This document shows, in pieces, positions 30,129-40,570 of a DNA stretch of 64,000 nucleotides. Numbering within the stretch: the stretch's first letter is position 1; the number at the start of each line of letters is the position of its first letter. Origin of the DNA: Acidimicrobiia bacterium. GTDB taxonomy: Bacteria; Actinomycetota; Acidimicrobiia; Spongiisociales; UBA5794. A model generated the notes under the pieces. The model worked only from the letters and a program-made list of their open reading frames with translations, was not told where the DNA came from and searched no databases. The stretch lies in NCBI GenBank assembly GCA_041605955.1, contig JBFIXI010000010.1, positions 12,653 to 76,652 on the forward strand. The letters are read 5' to 3'. A program made the translations under genes and the position numbers.

Positions 30129-30203
30129 TGCATCCCGCTCCAATGACACCTCCGCTCGCTGCAGTCGCATGTTGCCGCATCGGCCGGCGATAGGCGAGCC
30201 GAA

Positions 30204-31025
30204 TCAGGCGGTGAGGGTGGGAGCCGCCGCCTCGAATACCGCCGCCAGGTAGTCGAGGATGCGCTTCTCCGCGGCCGGGTCACCCGCCAGCTGGTCGTAG
30301 TAGAGGATCGAGCCCTCCCAGCCATCTGTATGCCACTCTGCCCCTGAGGGCAGCTCCACCGGTAGCAGAGCATCGGCTTCGAACGGCCACGGGTTCGCGT
30401 ACAGGTAGGCGCGCCCCGCCGGGTAGAAGCCGAAATTGCACTGCGACGGGAACTGCTTCATCTCGCCGTGCTCTTCGTACTCGGCGACTCGCGTCCCGAA
30501 CCACTCGAAGGCCATGTCGAATCCGTGGGGCCAAACGTGGAGGGGGCTGACCCGACCCCCGATCCGCTCTCTGTGCAGCGAGTACACCCCGTGTGTCTCG
30601 GTCAGCACATCGAAGAAGGCGGCGGCGATCGCCGGATCGTAGTGGCGCGCCTCCGCTGACTCGAACTTCTCACGAGCGTATTCGGCTTGCAGGCCGAGCT
30701 CGGCGACCGCCCCGATGACGGCGTCACCCATCTCCGTGCCCGTCATGCCGGCGCCGAGGCTGCAACGAGCGACGCTGTCGCCGTCGGCTGAGACGACGAC
30801 TTCGTGCGTAGTCAGGTCGAGGCGGATGTTGAATCGGCCTCCCCCGGGCAGGTCCATGTCGATCGTCTCCAGGCCGCGTGGAGTCACCTGGAGCGCAACA
30901 TGCCACCACTTGTCATGCGGCTCGGCGTGGGCCCGAGGCACGGCTCCTACGGCGTTCGCATACTGATGGAGAGTGGCCCGGGTGGGCTCGAAGTCCTCGG
31001 GCAAAGGGGCGAAGGTGCGGGTCAT
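30204..31025 (-). CDS. conserved hypothetical protein (DUF5996-like)
   Basis: 273 aa, no TM, no catalytic motif recognised. Confidence 0.45.
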   Translation of the reverse strand: MTRTFAPLPEDFEPTRATLHQYANAVGAVPRAHAEPHDKWWHVALQVTPRGLETIDMDLPGGGRFNIRLDLTTHEVVVSADGDSVARCSLGAGMTGTEMGDAVIGAVAELGLQAEYAREKFESAEARHYDPAIAAAFFDVLTETHGVYSLHRERIGGRVSPLHVWPHGFDMAFEWFGTRVAEYEEHGEMKQFPSQCNFGFYPAGRAYLYANPWPFEADALLPVELPSGAEWHTDGWEGSILYYDQLAGDPAAEKRILDYLAAVFEAAAPTLTA

Positions 31026-31174
31026 TCAATCCTCCGAGATGTGCTGCTGCCGTTTCCAGCACCGTAGATCGGATAATCATTCCTTCGGCACCGAATGCCA
31101 CGGCTCCCTCACCGTGAGCCTCTACAGTTGAGTGCGCCGGGATCATCGCATCGCCGGCAACGCAGGAGCATCAA

Positions 31175-31555
31175 ATGGATCTGAGCAAGCTCAGCGTGAA
31201 CCAACAGCTCGCCGTAGGCGCCGCCTTCGCATTGGCCGTCTTCAGCTTCTTCCCTTGGTTCGGGATCCGCGGTGTGATCAGCTTCAATGCGTGGGACTCG
31301 GGATTCCCGGCCATCATTGGAGTGGTGCTCATTGTCGCCGCCGGCGTGATACTCGTCATGGAGAGCCTGGATCGGTCGCCGGTGAGCGCTACGGCCGAGA
31401 TCACTTTCTATCTGGCCGGAGTCGGCCTGGTGCTGATCCTGTGGCGCACCGTGTTCACTTGGGGGGCTCCCCGCCGCATCGGGCTCTTCCTCGCCCTGAT
31501 CGCAGCGGCGGCCGCGGCCTGGGGCGCCTACCGCAACCGGCTCGACAACACCTAG
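31175..31555 (+). CDS. hypothetical membrane protein (4 TM)
   Basis: Hydrophobicity pattern only. Confidence 0.4.
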   Translation: MDLSKLSVNQQLAVGAAFALAVFSFFPWFGIRGVISFNAWDSGFPAIIGVVLIVAAGVILVMESLDRSPVSATAEITFYLAGVGLVLILWRTVFTWGAPRRIGLFLALIAAAAAAWGAYRNRLDNT

Positions 31556-32832
31556 CCGGACATCTCGCCTGGTCGGTCGGCGATGTGGCGCGCAAGCGCG
31601 GCGCGACGAAACTGCGTGACATCCAGGACGGTGCCGGCGCGACGCGCTTCTTCGGCCGCAAACGCCAGCACATGGCTCTCCAGACTGTCGGCCGCCGAAG
31701 TGGGCGGAGCCGACGCCGTTCGCTGCGCCTCGAGGAAGGCGCCAATCGCCCCATGGTCGCCGCCGCCGTGACCGCTGGTGGCTCGTGCGATCGGAATCCG
31801 CTCGGGGGCTCCGCCGGCGTGGTCGGTAACCTCGATTACGGAATCGCGACCGAATCGGGCTCGGAGGGTGGCCCGCGATCCGTCGTAGCGCATGGTGCGG
31901 CAGTCCTCGGCGGAGTGCCCATGCATGACGAGAACGACCGATGTATCCGACTCGAGCTGCATCGAGACGACTTGGTGATCAACGACGTCCGAACCCGCCG
32001 TGTAGACACAGCGGCCCCACGGCCCGGTCCGGAGAGCCTCGAGCCGTCCTTCTCGAGTCAGATCGTCGGTGAGGACATGCACCGGCCACCCCTTCCAGTC
32101 GGGGTTGAGGTAACGCCGGGCATCGAAGGGACATCGCTCCACGGGACACGGATCTACGCAGCGGGCCGCGGCGTCGGCCGGCGCCCGCTCGGGCCGGAAG
32201 TGGATCAGAGACCCCACAGAGGAAAGAGTGGCCACCGGAGACGGCAGGTTCCACACCAAGATGTCGAAATCGTGACTGCATTTCTGAACGATCATCGGAG
32301 TCGATTCGGTGGCCCGCCCCCAGTTGCCGCGCACGAAGCTGTGCGCCATGTGGAACGCGGACACGTTCTCCCGGTGCTCCACCGTGATGAGGTCGCCGAG
32401 CCGACCGGACGTGACCACCTCGTGCAACGTCGCGAAAAACGGCGCATACCGCAGCACATGGGCCACCGCCAGAATGCGACCCGTGGATGCGGCCACTGCC
32501 GCAAGAGCTACCGCATCGTCGAGGTTTGCCGCCATCGGCTTTTCCAAGAGCACGTCGTAGCCGGCCTCGAGGGCAGGACGGGCGGCGTCGTAATGGAATC
32601 TGTCCGGAGTGGCGACGATGGCCGCATCGGCGATCCTGCCCCGTGCCAGCCAGTCGTCGACGGTGGCATACGACACCGCAGCAGGATGAGCCGACACGAA
32701 TCTGGCCCGGCGCGACTCGTCCGGATCGACTACGGCCACCAGCTCGAGCTCTTCGGGATGGTCCCGGGCGTAACCGCCGTACGTGAAGAAGCCGCGCTCT
32801 CCGGCCCCGACCACAACGGCGCTGATGCTCAT
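31552..32832 (-). CDS. Gfo/Idh/MocA-family oxidoreductase
   Basis: N-terminal Rossmann ISAVVVGAGERG; EKP motif (LLEKPMA); start trimmed to MSISA. Confidence 0.7.
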   Translation of the reverse strand: MSISAVVVGAGERGFFTYGGYARDHPEELELVAVVDPDESRRARFVSAHPAAVSYATVDDWLARGRIADAAIVATPDRFHYDAARPALEAGYDVLLEKPMAANLDDAVALAAVAASTGRILAVAHVLRYAPFFATLHEVVTSGRLGDLITVEHRENVSAFHMAHSFVRGNWGRATESTPMIVQKCSHDFDILVWNLPSPVATLSSVGSLIHFRPERAPADAAARCVDPCPVERCPFDARRYLNPDWKGWPVHVLTDDLTREGRLEALRTGPWGRCVYTAGSDVVDHQVVSMQLESDTSVVLVMHGHSAEDCRTMRYDGSRATLRARFGRDSVIEVTDHAGGAPERIPIARATSGHGGGDHGAIGAFLEAQRTASAPPTSAADSLESHVLAFAAEEARRAGTVLDVTQFRRAALARHIADRPGEMSG

Positions 32833-32834
32833 AG

Positions 32835-32855
32835 GTCGGAGCGTAACTCTCCGAC
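32835..32855. promoter_or_regulatory. perfect 7-bp inverted repeat GTCGGAG-N7-CTCCGAC in a 44-bp divergent intergenic region
   Basis: Lies between the MocA oxidoreductase start (32832) and the GHMP kinase start (32877). Confidence 0.35.
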
Positions 32856-32876
32856 TACAGGTGATAGCGTCGCCGG

Positions 32877-34067
32877 GTGAACGGAGCGACGGAACTCTAC
32901 GCAAGCCACTTCGGAGAAGACCCCGGCGTTGTTGTCCGGGCCCCGGGGCGCATCAACATCATCGGCGACCACACCGACTACTGCGGGCTGCCGGTTCTCC
33001 CGATGGCGATTGGCCAGGCGGTCTATGTCGCCGGCGGGGAGCGCTCCGCGCCCGGGTTGACTGCGATTTCCAGCCTTGACGGCGGCATTGTCGACAGCGA
33101 CGCCACCCGCGAACAGCCTCCCTGGTCGCGTTACGTCTTGGCAGTGCTCGCCGAGCTGCGGCCGCTGGCGCCCCAGCGCGGCGCCAACCTGGCGCTCGAC
33201 AGCGATCTGCCGGCGACCGGGGGGCTCAGCTCGTCCTCGGCACTCACCGTGGGATGCCTCACGGCCCTCAACGAGCTATGGGACGTGGGCCTGCCTCCCG
33301 ATGATCTCGTGGTGACCGCGCTGGCCGCCGAACGCAAGGCGGCCATCGCCGGCGGGGCGATGGATCAGACCGTGATCACATTTGCCCGACCCGGGCACGC
33401 CCTCCGCATCGACTTCGACCCTCCGCTGCGCCGCAACGTCCCCATTCCCGACGGCTTCGCGTGGATCGCCGGCTATTCCGGCACACGAGCGCCCAAAGGC
33501 GAGACGGCACTCGATTCGTACCATTCGTTCGTGCTGGCGTCGCGGGCGGCCGCGGTGCTCCTCGGTGACGACTCGGGCGCCGCCGCCCAGCTCTCGCGAG
33601 TCCGCCACGCCACCGCTGAGGAGCTGGCCGGGCTGCCGACCGTGACGGTGGCAGATGCAGCCCACCTGGCGGGAGATGACGACCTCGGCCTGCCGCTGCT
33701 GCGTCGGCTCGATCTGCGGGTCTCCGCTGAGCATGTGCTCGCCGAAGCCGAGCGAGTCGATCTTGCGGAGACTGCGCTGCGCGCCGGTGACCTGCCGGCG
33801 CTGGGTGAGCTGATGACCGAGTCGCACCACAGCCTGCGCCGGTACGGCTCGAGCACTCCTGACTTGGACAAGCTGGTCGCCGCGGCGGCAGCTGCAGATG
33901 CGGCCGGCGCCCGGGTCACCGGAGCCGGATTCGGCGGCTGGGCCATCGCGCTCAGCCGCCCCGATCTGGCCCAGCCCGTGGCCGATGCCATGGAGGCGGC
34001 TTGCGGCGGCCCCACCTTCCTCGCCACTCCGCAAGGAGGTGCGCTGTGGTCCCTACGCAGGGAGTGA
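32877..34067 (+). CDS. GHMP-family sugar 1-kinase (galactokinase-like)
   Basis: Galactokinase signature GRINIIGDHTDY and GHMP ATP motif GGLSSSSAL. Confidence 0.75.
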   Translation: MNGATELYASHFGEDPGVVVRAPGRINIIGDHTDYCGLPVLPMAIGQAVYVAGGERSAPGLTAISSLDGGIVDSDATREQPPWSRYVLAVLAELRPLAPQRGANLALDSDLPATGGLSSSSALTVGCLTALNELWDVGLPPDDLVVTALAAERKAAIAGGAMDQTVITFARPGHALRIDFDPPLRRNVPIPDGFAWIAGYSGTRAPKGETALDSYHSFVLASRAAAVLLGDDSGAAAQLSRVRHATAEELAGLPTVTVADAAHLAGDDDLGLPLLRRLDLRVSAEHVLAEAERVDLAETALRAGDLPALGELMTESHHSLRRYGSSTPDLDKLVAAAAAADAAGARVTGAGFGGWAIALSRPDLAQPVADAMEAACGGPTFLATPQGGALWSLRRE

Positions 34068-34759
34068 TTCTCGCCGCCGGCCGCGGCACGAGACTCGGCG
34101 GGCTCACTGAAACGACTCCGAAATCCATGATCGAGATCGGCGGGGTGCCCGTGATCACCCGGATCATCGAACCAATGGCCGCGAGCGGGGTGCGCCGGCT
34201 GACGATCGTCACCGGCTACCTGGCCGAGGCCGTGGAACGGCACGTGGCACTGACGAGTCCTCTCCCCGTGAGTTTCGTACGCCAGGAAGACCGCAACGGC
34301 ACGGCAGGAGCCGTTGCCGTCGTTCGAAGCGCTACGGGCGCTGAGCCGTTCATGCTGTGCTGGGGCGACATCGTGACGGCACCCGAGCATTATCAGGAAG
34401 TTGCTGCCGCGTGGCGCTCCGATCTGGCAGGAGTGATCGGGGTCACGGAGCTGCCAGACGTGAGTGCTGGATCTTCCGTTGTGTTCGGCAAGGACCACAT
34501 GATCACCGAGATGATCGAGAAGCCCGTTGGAGTCGCGCCCAGTCCTTGGAACAACGCCGGGATCATGGTCTTTGGTGCGCAGCTGTGGAATCACGTAGCG
34601 GGACTCGGACCATCGCCCCGTGGCGAGCTCGAGCTGCCCGACGCCATTGCGAGCCTGCTAGCAGCCGGGGAAAGCCTCCTGGCGCAGCCGCTGCCGGGCG
34701 ATTGGTTCGACATCGGGTCGCTGGAAGACCTGGCAGCGGCGCGGGCGAGGTTCGAGTGA
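34064..34759 (+). CDS. sugar-1-phosphate nucleotidyltransferase
   Basis: (V)ILAAGRGTRLG N-terminal pyrophosphorylase motif; GTGA overlap with the kinase stop. Confidence 0.7.
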   Translation: MILAAGRGTRLGGLTETTPKSMIEIGGVPVITRIIEPMAASGVRRLTIVTGYLAEAVERHVALTSPLPVSFVRQEDRNGTAGAVAVVRSATGAEPFMLCWGDIVTAPEHYQEVAAAWRSDLAGVIGVTELPDVSAGSSVVFGKDHMITEMIEKPVGVAPSPWNNAGIMVFGAQLWNHVAGLGPSPRGELELPDAIASLLAAGESLLAQPLPGDWFDIGSLEDLAAARARFE

Positions 34760-34814
34760 GAGGAGGCACCGTCTCGGCGCCTTCTCTCACTCGCGTCTCT
34801 TAGCGCGTATCCGG

Positions 34815-35924
34815 TTAGCTCTTCACCTCGGTGAAGGCGTCTGTGAAGTTGGTCTCGAAGTCCCCCGTATCGGCAATGAACTCGAGCCGCTCGAACACCT
34901 CGTCGGGTGGATAGATCGTTGCGTCCTCGAGTATGTCCCCATCGATGAAGGGCGTCGAGGCCGCATTGGGGCTCGCATAGAAGTTGAAGTTGGTGAGGGC
35001 AGCGCCGTTCTCCGCATCCAACATGAAGTTGATGAACGTGTGAGCCGTGCACGGCGCATCGGCCGTTACGGGGATCGCCATGGTGTCGACCCAGGCAACT
35101 GCGCCTTCCTTGGGAATCCCGTAGCCGTAGTCCTCGTATGCGTCATACGTGTCGGTTGAGGCCTCGTCGTATGCTGCAAAGAAGTCGCCGCTGAATCCAT
35201 GAGCGGCCACGGTCTCTCCGGTGACAAGCAGATCCTCGAACTGGTCGGAATCGAAGAGCTTGATTCGATCCTTGACACTCTTCAGGAGTCCCGTCGCCTC
35301 ATCGAGCTGAGCCTGATCAGTTGTGTTCAGCGAGTAGCCAAGGTACTTGAGGGCGGCGCCCATTACCTCTCGTGGATCGTTGAGCAGTGAGATCGAACCG
35401 GACACATCCGCAAATGCTGGATCGAAGAGCAGCTCCCACGACGGCTCCCAGTCCTCCGGAACCACGTCGTAGCTGTAGCCGATTCCAGTCGTACCCCATT
35501 GGTACGGCACGGAGAACTCACCCTCTGGGTCGAACGGCAGGCCGGTGAACTCAGGATCGACGTTCCCTAGATTCGTGATCACGCTCTTGTTCAGCGGAAT
35601 GATCAGGCCTTCCTCAGCCATGATCGTCACTGTGTAGTCGGACGGCACGATCACGTCATAGTCGTTACCTCCCGACTCCACCTGAGGAAGCATCGCTTCG
35701 TTCGAGTCATAAAACGTCTCATTGACCGTTACGCCGTACGCGGACTCGAACGCCTCCACCAATTCGGGAGCGATGTACTCCGACCAGTTGTGGAGATCGA
35801 GGTCCCCATCGGTCTGGTCCACTTGGCATTCCGCCGCGGCGTCCTCCAAATCACCGCTGCCGTCGTCTCCGCACGCTGTAGCAACGAGCGCCACAACCGC
35901 AAAGAACGAGACTATGCGTTTCAT
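34815..35924 (-). CDS. potD: spermidine/putrescine ABC transporter substrate-binding lipoprotein
   Basis: Lipobox LVATACGDD; PotD/PotF-family length and motifs; last gene of the potABCD operon. Confidence 0.8.
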   Translation of the reverse strand: MKRIVSFFAVVALVATACGDDGSGDLEDAAAECQVDQTDGDLDLHNWSEYIAPELVEAFESAYGVTVNETFYDSNEAMLPQVESGGNDYDVIVPSDYTVTIMAEEGLIIPLNKSVITNLGNVDPEFTGLPFDPEGEFSVPYQWGTTGIGYSYDVVPEDWEPSWELLFDPAFADVSGSISLLNDPREVMGAALKYLGYSLNTTDQAQLDEATGLLKSVKDRIKLFDSDQFEDLLVTGETVAAHGFSGDFFAAYDEASTDTYDAYEDYGYGIPKEGAVAWVDTMAIPVTADAPCTAHTFINFMLDAENGAALTNFNFYASPNAASTPFIDGDILEDATIYPPDEVFERLEFIADTGDFETNFTDAFTEVKS

Positions 35925-35957
35925 TGAGTACCTCCTCGGATATTCAGGGCAGTTTCA

Positions 35958-36758
35958 TCACTGTCTACGCTGCAAAGCAAGCGAACCCAGGACCAGGACG
36001 CCAGAGGCAGCGAGCATCAGGCTGGACACGGCGTTGATCTCAGGGGTCACGCTGCGCTTGATCAGGCCGAACACGAAGGTCGGCAGGGTGTCCGGTCCCT
36101 TGACGAACTGGGTGATGACGACATCGTCCAGCGAGAGCGTCAGGGCCAGCAGCGCCCCGCCAAGCACGCCCGGCATTATCAACGGCAGCGTTACCCGTCG
36201 GAATGCGTGCCACCGGCTTGCGTAGAGATCAGCGGCCGCCTCTTCCAGAGCTGGATCGAGATTGGCGAGGCGCGCTCGAACGACGATCGACACGAAGGAG
36301 ATGTTGAACGCGATATGGCTCAGGGCGATCGTAACCGTGCTCAGTTGCTGGCCGAGGGATGTGAAGAACACCAGCAGCATCGCTGCCATCGTCACGTCGG
36401 GGATGATCACCGGCAGATAGAGGAGCGCATCGAAAGCACGCTTACCCAACCAGCGCCGGTAGCGCTCGAGCGCCAACGCCGCCGCGGTGCCCAGCACAGT
36501 CGACACGATCGTCGAGCCGACGGCCACGACAAGCGAGATGCGCAGAGCCTGCATGAGGTTGTCGTTGGCGAACATCTGCCGGTACCACTTGAGCGAAAGC
36601 CCTTCCCAGTTTTGAAAACCGAACAGGCGGCTCTCGTTGAAAGAGAAGATGATCAGCACGAGGATCGGCAGGTAGAAGAATGCATACACCACCCAGGTAT
36701 GGCCGGCCAGCAAACGGTTGAGGCGGCGGTTGGCAGTCGTGCGCTGATTCGTGCTCAC
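35958..36758 (-). CDS. potC: spermidine/putrescine ABC transporter permease
   Basis: Six-TM permease with EAA-like loop; GTG start overlapping the potB stop; the six-frame ORF over-extends upstream in another frame. Confidence 0.8.
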   Translation of the reverse strand: MSTNQRTTANRRLNRLLAGHTWVVYAFFYLPILVLIIFSFNESRLFGFQNWEGLSLKWYRQMFANDNLMQALRISLVVAVGSTIVSTVLGTAAALALERYRRWLGKRAFDALLYLPVIIPDVTMAAMLLVFFTSLGQQLSTVTIALSHIAFNISFVSIVVRARLANLDPALEEAAADLYASRWHAFRRVTLPLIMPGVLGGALLALTLSLDDVVITQFVKGPDTLPTFVFGLIKRSVTPEINAVSSLMLAASGVLVLGSLALQRRQ

Positions 36759-37648
36759 AGCGTCCGCGCTCCGGAGCGGAAGTACCAAACCGTCGCGATC
36801 AGCATCACGATCATGATCGCCATCGACACCGATGAACCGAGGGGCCAGTTCCGTGCCGTGAGGTATTGGTTGACGATGTAGTTGCCGAGCAAGGTCGTCT
36901 TGGCGCCGCCCAGGATGTCCGGGGTGACGTACGCGCCCAGGCTGGGGATGAACACGAGAATCGAACCGGCGATGATCCCGGGCCGGGTCAGCGGCAGAGT
37001 GACGCGCAGGAACGCCCGAAAACCGGACGCATAGAGATCCCTGGCCGCCTCGACCAGCGACCAGTCGAGACGCTCGATCGACGCGTAGAGAGGGAGGACC
37101 ATGAATGGGAGGTATCCGTACACGAGGCCGATGTAGACCGCCGGCAGCGTGAACAGGGTGGCGTCCCACAGGCCCAAAGCGCGGCCAATCTCGGTGACGG
37201 GGCCATCTTCACCCAGCAGTACGCGCCATGCGTAGGTGCGCACCAGGAAGTTGGTCCAGAACGGAATCATCACTAGGACGAGGAGAAGATTGCGCACCCG
37301 CTCCGACCTCGTTGCGATGTAGTAGGCGAACGGGTAGCCGACGGCGAGGCACAGCATGGTGGTGACTAGAGCCACCACGACGGAGCGGAGGGCAATCGAT
37401 CGAATCAGCTCGTCGCCGAGAATCTTGGCCCATGAGTCGAGGTTCCAGTCCTCGAGGAGTGGCCGGCCGGTACGAGAACGGCTGGCGAACGAGTAGACGC
37501 CGATGATCACCAGTGGCGAGACGAACAGGACTATCAGATAGAGATAGGACGGCGCCGCCAATGTGAGACCACGTCGCGACTCGGCCTTTTCCGCCGCAGC
37601 TTCGAGCTGTGAGCTAGCCCGCGCTATCTCAGGTGCCTCAGCTGTCAT
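36755..37648 (-). CDS. potB: spermidine/putrescine ABC transporter permease
   Basis: Six-TM permease downstream of potA. Confidence 0.8.
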   Translation of the reverse strand: MTAEAPEIARASSQLEAAAEKAESRRGLTLAAPSYLYLIVLFVSPLVIIGVYSFASRSRTGRPLLEDWNLDSWAKILGDELIRSIALRSVVVALVTTMLCLAVGYPFAYYIATRSERVRNLLLVLVMIPFWTNFLVRTYAWRVLLGEDGPVTEIGRALGLWDATLFTLPAVYIGLVYGYLPFMVLPLYASIERLDWSLVEAARDLYASGFRAFLRVTLPLTRPGIIAGSILVFIPSLGAYVTPDILGGAKTTLLGNYIVNQYLTARNWPLGSSVSMAIMIVMLIATVWYFRSGARTL

Positions 37649-38737
37649 CTACTCGGCCACCACCGTGGTCGCCTTGACATCCCATGTCACAATGGCGGCG
37701 TCGCCAACGCCGTATAGCGAGACGCCCGGCCGGTTCTCTTCTTTGACCTCGATTGTGCCCTCCGACGTCTCCACGTCGTAGTAAAAGACGTCGCCGTGGT
37801 ACACGCGGCGAGTAATCGTGCCGGACAACCGGTTGAGCCCTTCTGGAACGCTCTCATCGACGCGGTAGAGGACGAAGCGTTCCGGTCGCACCGCGATGGT
37901 GATCGCCGTGCCGGCAGCCACCTCGGTCGAAGCGTTGATGTTGGCTCCGGCTTGCAGCTTCACGGTGGACCCGTCCACCACCGTCCCGGGAATCAGGTTG
38001 ATCTCACCGATGAAGTCGGCGACGAAGCGCGACTTGGGGTGCTCGTAGATGTCCTCCGGGGCGCCAACCTGCAGCAGCTTGCCCTGGTCCATAACCCCGA
38101 TGCGGTCGCTCATGGTCAGTGCTTCCACCTGATCGTGGGTCACGTAGACGAACGTAATGCCCACCCGCTCCTGGAGCTCCTTCAGCTCGATTTGCATCGC
38201 CTGGCGCAGCTTGAGATCGAGCGCTCCCAGCGGCTCGTCGAGCAACAAGACCTCGGGCTCGTTGACGAGCGCCCTGGCCAGTGCCACCCGCTGTTGCTGG
38301 CCGCCCGACAGCTGCGACGGCCGGGCATCGGCGCGATGAGTGAGCTGGACCATGTCGAGTGACCGCTTGACCCGAGCCGCCATGTCGCCGGCGTCGACCT
38401 TCTTCATCTGAAGTCCGAAGGCCACATTGTCTTCGACCGTCATGTGGGGAAAGAGGGCGTACGACTGAAAGACCGTGTTCACCGGGCGCTTGTTCGGCGG
38501 CTCCAGTTTCATCTCCCTGCCGTGGATCTGGATCGAGCCTGCGGTCGGGAAGTCGAAGCCAGCGATCATCCGCAATGTGGTGGTCTTCCCGCACCCCGAC
38601 GGTCCGAGCAACGAGAAGAACTCGCCGTCCGTGATCGAGAGGTCGACGTCGTCGACGGCGGTCACGTCTCCAAACAGCTTGGTGACGTTGGAGAGCTCGA
38701 CGGCAACGCTCACTCTGCGGTCTCCTCGTTCTCCCAC
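37649..38737 (-). CDS. potA: spermidine/putrescine ABC transporter ATP-binding protein
   Basis: Walker A GPSGCGKTT, signature LSGGQQQRV, Walker B LLLDEP; C-terminal TOBE domain; alternative GTG start at 38713. Confidence 0.85.
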   Translation of the reverse strand: MGERGDRRVSVAVELSNVTKLFGDVTAVDDVDLSITDGEFFSLLGPSGCGKTTTLRMIAGFDFPTAGSIQIHGREMKLEPPNKRPVNTVFQSYALFPHMTVEDNVAFGLQMKKVDAGDMAARVKRSLDMVQLTHRADARPSQLSGGQQQRVALARALVNEPEVLLLDEPLGALDLKLRQAMQIELKELQERVGITFVYVTHDQVEALTMSDRIGVMDQGKLLQVGAPEDIYEHPKSRFVADFIGEINLIPGTVVDGSTVKLQAGANINASTEVAAGTAITIAVRPERFVLYRVDESVPEGLNRLSGTITRRVYHGDVFYYDVETSEGTIEVKEENRPGVSLYGVGDAAIVTWDVKATTVVAE

Positions 38738-39354
38738 ACGATCAGGGCCGCCCAGCCCTCGTTCTCTTCGTCCTCCAGATAGTCCTCGAGGACGCCGCGC
38801 ACCTCGAAGCCGTTGCCGAGCTGGAAGGTCAGTGTGCGGTCGTAGATCTGTCCGGCCACGACCTTGTCAACGTATTCCTGGGCGGACATCTCGTGCTTGT
38901 GGTCCTTGAAGTTGGCCAGGTAACCCCCGGCGATGATGCCGCGTTTGCCGTGCCGCCTTACGAGGTCCTTGCGTAGGTCGTACAGAAGGCGCCCGATACC
39001 GCGGCGGCGGTAGTCGGGGTGAACCACGATGTCGGTGCCGTAGTACCAGTCGCCGGACGCGTCGTGGTTGCGGCACTGGTTCTCGCCGGTGATGCCCATG
39101 ATGCTGTGCTGCGGATGGTTGAAGTCGAAGTCGAGGAAGATCCCGGCCCCTTGCCCGACCACTCGGTCGCCGTCGAGGACGACAAAGAACCCCTCCGGGA
39201 ACACCTCGGCGTACGCCAACATGTCCTCCAGGGAGATGAGCTCGCTCGGGTCGGCGCTGGGGAAGGCGGCCAGTTCCAGCGCAGCACACTGCGGGGCAAG
39301 CTCCGCTGTGAGGTTGGTCACCGTGAGGCCTTCAGAGGGCGTTGCCGTCGCCAT
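38710..39354 (-). CDS. GNAT-family N-acetyltransferase (candidate polyamine acetyltransferase)
   Basis: VHPDYRRRGIGRLL acetyl-CoA binding motif; located in the pot operon. Confidence 0.65.
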   Translation of the reverse strand: MATATPSEGLTVTNLTAELAPQCAALELAAFPSADPSELISLEDMLAYAEVFPEGFFVVLDGDRVVGQGAGIFLDFDFNHPQHSIMGITGENQCRNHDASGDWYYGTDIVVHPDYRRRGIGRLLYDLRKDLVRRHGKRGIIAGGYLANFKDHKHEMSAQEYVDKVVAGQIYDRTLTFQLGNGFEVRGVLEDYLEDEENEGWAALIVWENEETAE

Positions 39355-40440
39355 TCACACTGCCGATAGCGCAAAGTGCTGATACTCGTTCATGTCGGGC
39401 CGTCCCCACACCGCCCACAGCTCCCCCGTCGCGGGGCGCATCACGATCCCGCCGCAGCTCTCGATGTGATACGGCGCCTGCGATGTCTGACAGACCGCCT
39501 CTGCATCGCGGGTCATCTCCATCACCCGCTCCGGCGTGACCGGCCCCGACCCAATGAGCTCCTGCCCTCGCTCCAAACGCCGCTGCGAACTCTCCATCAG
39601 CCCCGTTGGCCGCACTGCCTGAAAGGCGGTGGTAGCCGCCGCCAGGGTGTGGTTGGTATGCAGGAATGGACCCGTCTCGACCGGGGTGACCTGCGTGGCT
39701 TGCGGCATCGCCTCGATGTTGACCCCTCGTCCCTCACCATCGACGAGCATATAGTTGTGCGCCCCGGCCAACTCGGCCTCGAGCACACAGTCGATCGCAT
39801 CGTCGAGCGACGCCTGCTGGAGCGCGCGACGCACCACGAACGGCCAGGTCACTCCCAAAGTGCCGATCTGTGCGGCGAGGTTGTTGATTCCGATCGCCAG
39901 TCCCGCCTCGTTCATGCCCATCTGGCCAAGGCAGCCTTCAGTGGTGAACACAAGTGCCGCCGGGCCTGAGTCCGGGCGCAGATCGAGCATGAGGACGTGC
40001 CTGGTAGCGGAGTCGTGCATATCCCAGGTCTGGCCGAGGATCGCTCGACCGTCTGCGGTGGCCGGCCCGGGGGCGATAACGGCCGTGCAGTCGTCCTCCT
40101 CCGGAGGCGCCCCCAGCTGGCCGCGCACGGTGTCGACGAAGTCGGTGAAGCCGCCGACCACTATCGCCTCGCCAAGGCTGAGCCCGGCGGCATCCGCCAT
40201 CGCAGCCATCTCGGCGGTCAGCTCCTCCGAATACCCGGCGTGAGCCGGGATCATCGACTCGGCGAGCTCGCCAATGCGGTCCATGTCGATCTCCCCACCC
40301 GACCATTCACCGGCGGCGACTATTGCCAGCCGTTCGTCAGCGTATTGGCGGATCCCCGCCGCCCGTGCTGCGCCGTGGGCGGCGCCGATCGCCTCCGGAG
40401 ACCCCGCCACGACAAGAGGACGTATCGCGCCGTACTTCAC
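39355..40440 (-). CDS. C45-family peptidase / acyl-CoA:6-APA acyltransferase-like Ntn hydrolase
   Basis: 361 aa with family-typical blocks; first gene of the minus-strand operon. Confidence 0.55.
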   Translation of the reverse strand: MKYGAIRPLVVAGSPEAIGAAHGAARAAGIRQYADERLAIVAAGEWSGGEIDMDRIGELAESMIPAHAGYSEELTAEMAAMADAAGLSLGEAIVVGGFTDFVDTVRGQLGAPPEEDDCTAVIAPGPATADGRAILGQTWDMHDSATRHVLMLDLRPDSGPAALVFTTEGCLGQMGMNEAGLAIGINNLAAQIGTLGVTWPFVVRRALQQASLDDAIDCVLEAELAGAHNYMLVDGEGRGVNIEAMPQATQVTPVETGPFLHTNHTLAAATTAFQAVRPTGLMESSQRRLERGQELIGSGPVTPERVMEMTRDAEAVCQTSQAPYHIESCGGIVMRPATGELWAVWGRPDMNEYQHFALSAV

Positions 40441-40570
40441 TTCTGTCGGCCCACCCTATGCCGCTCCTTGTTCCACCGGAGTATGTTGCTCGCCCGACGC
40501 CCGTGCAACTAGGCCACGACCCCGCCTGATAGCCTGGCAAAACTGCAGATCTCACCGCGGGAGGGCCTCA

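Noticed and set aside
35958-37169. 403-aa six-frame ORF spanning potC and part of potB
   Set aside because: The 5' 137 codons are an out-of-frame read through potB; potC begins at the GTG at 36758, which overlaps the potB stop
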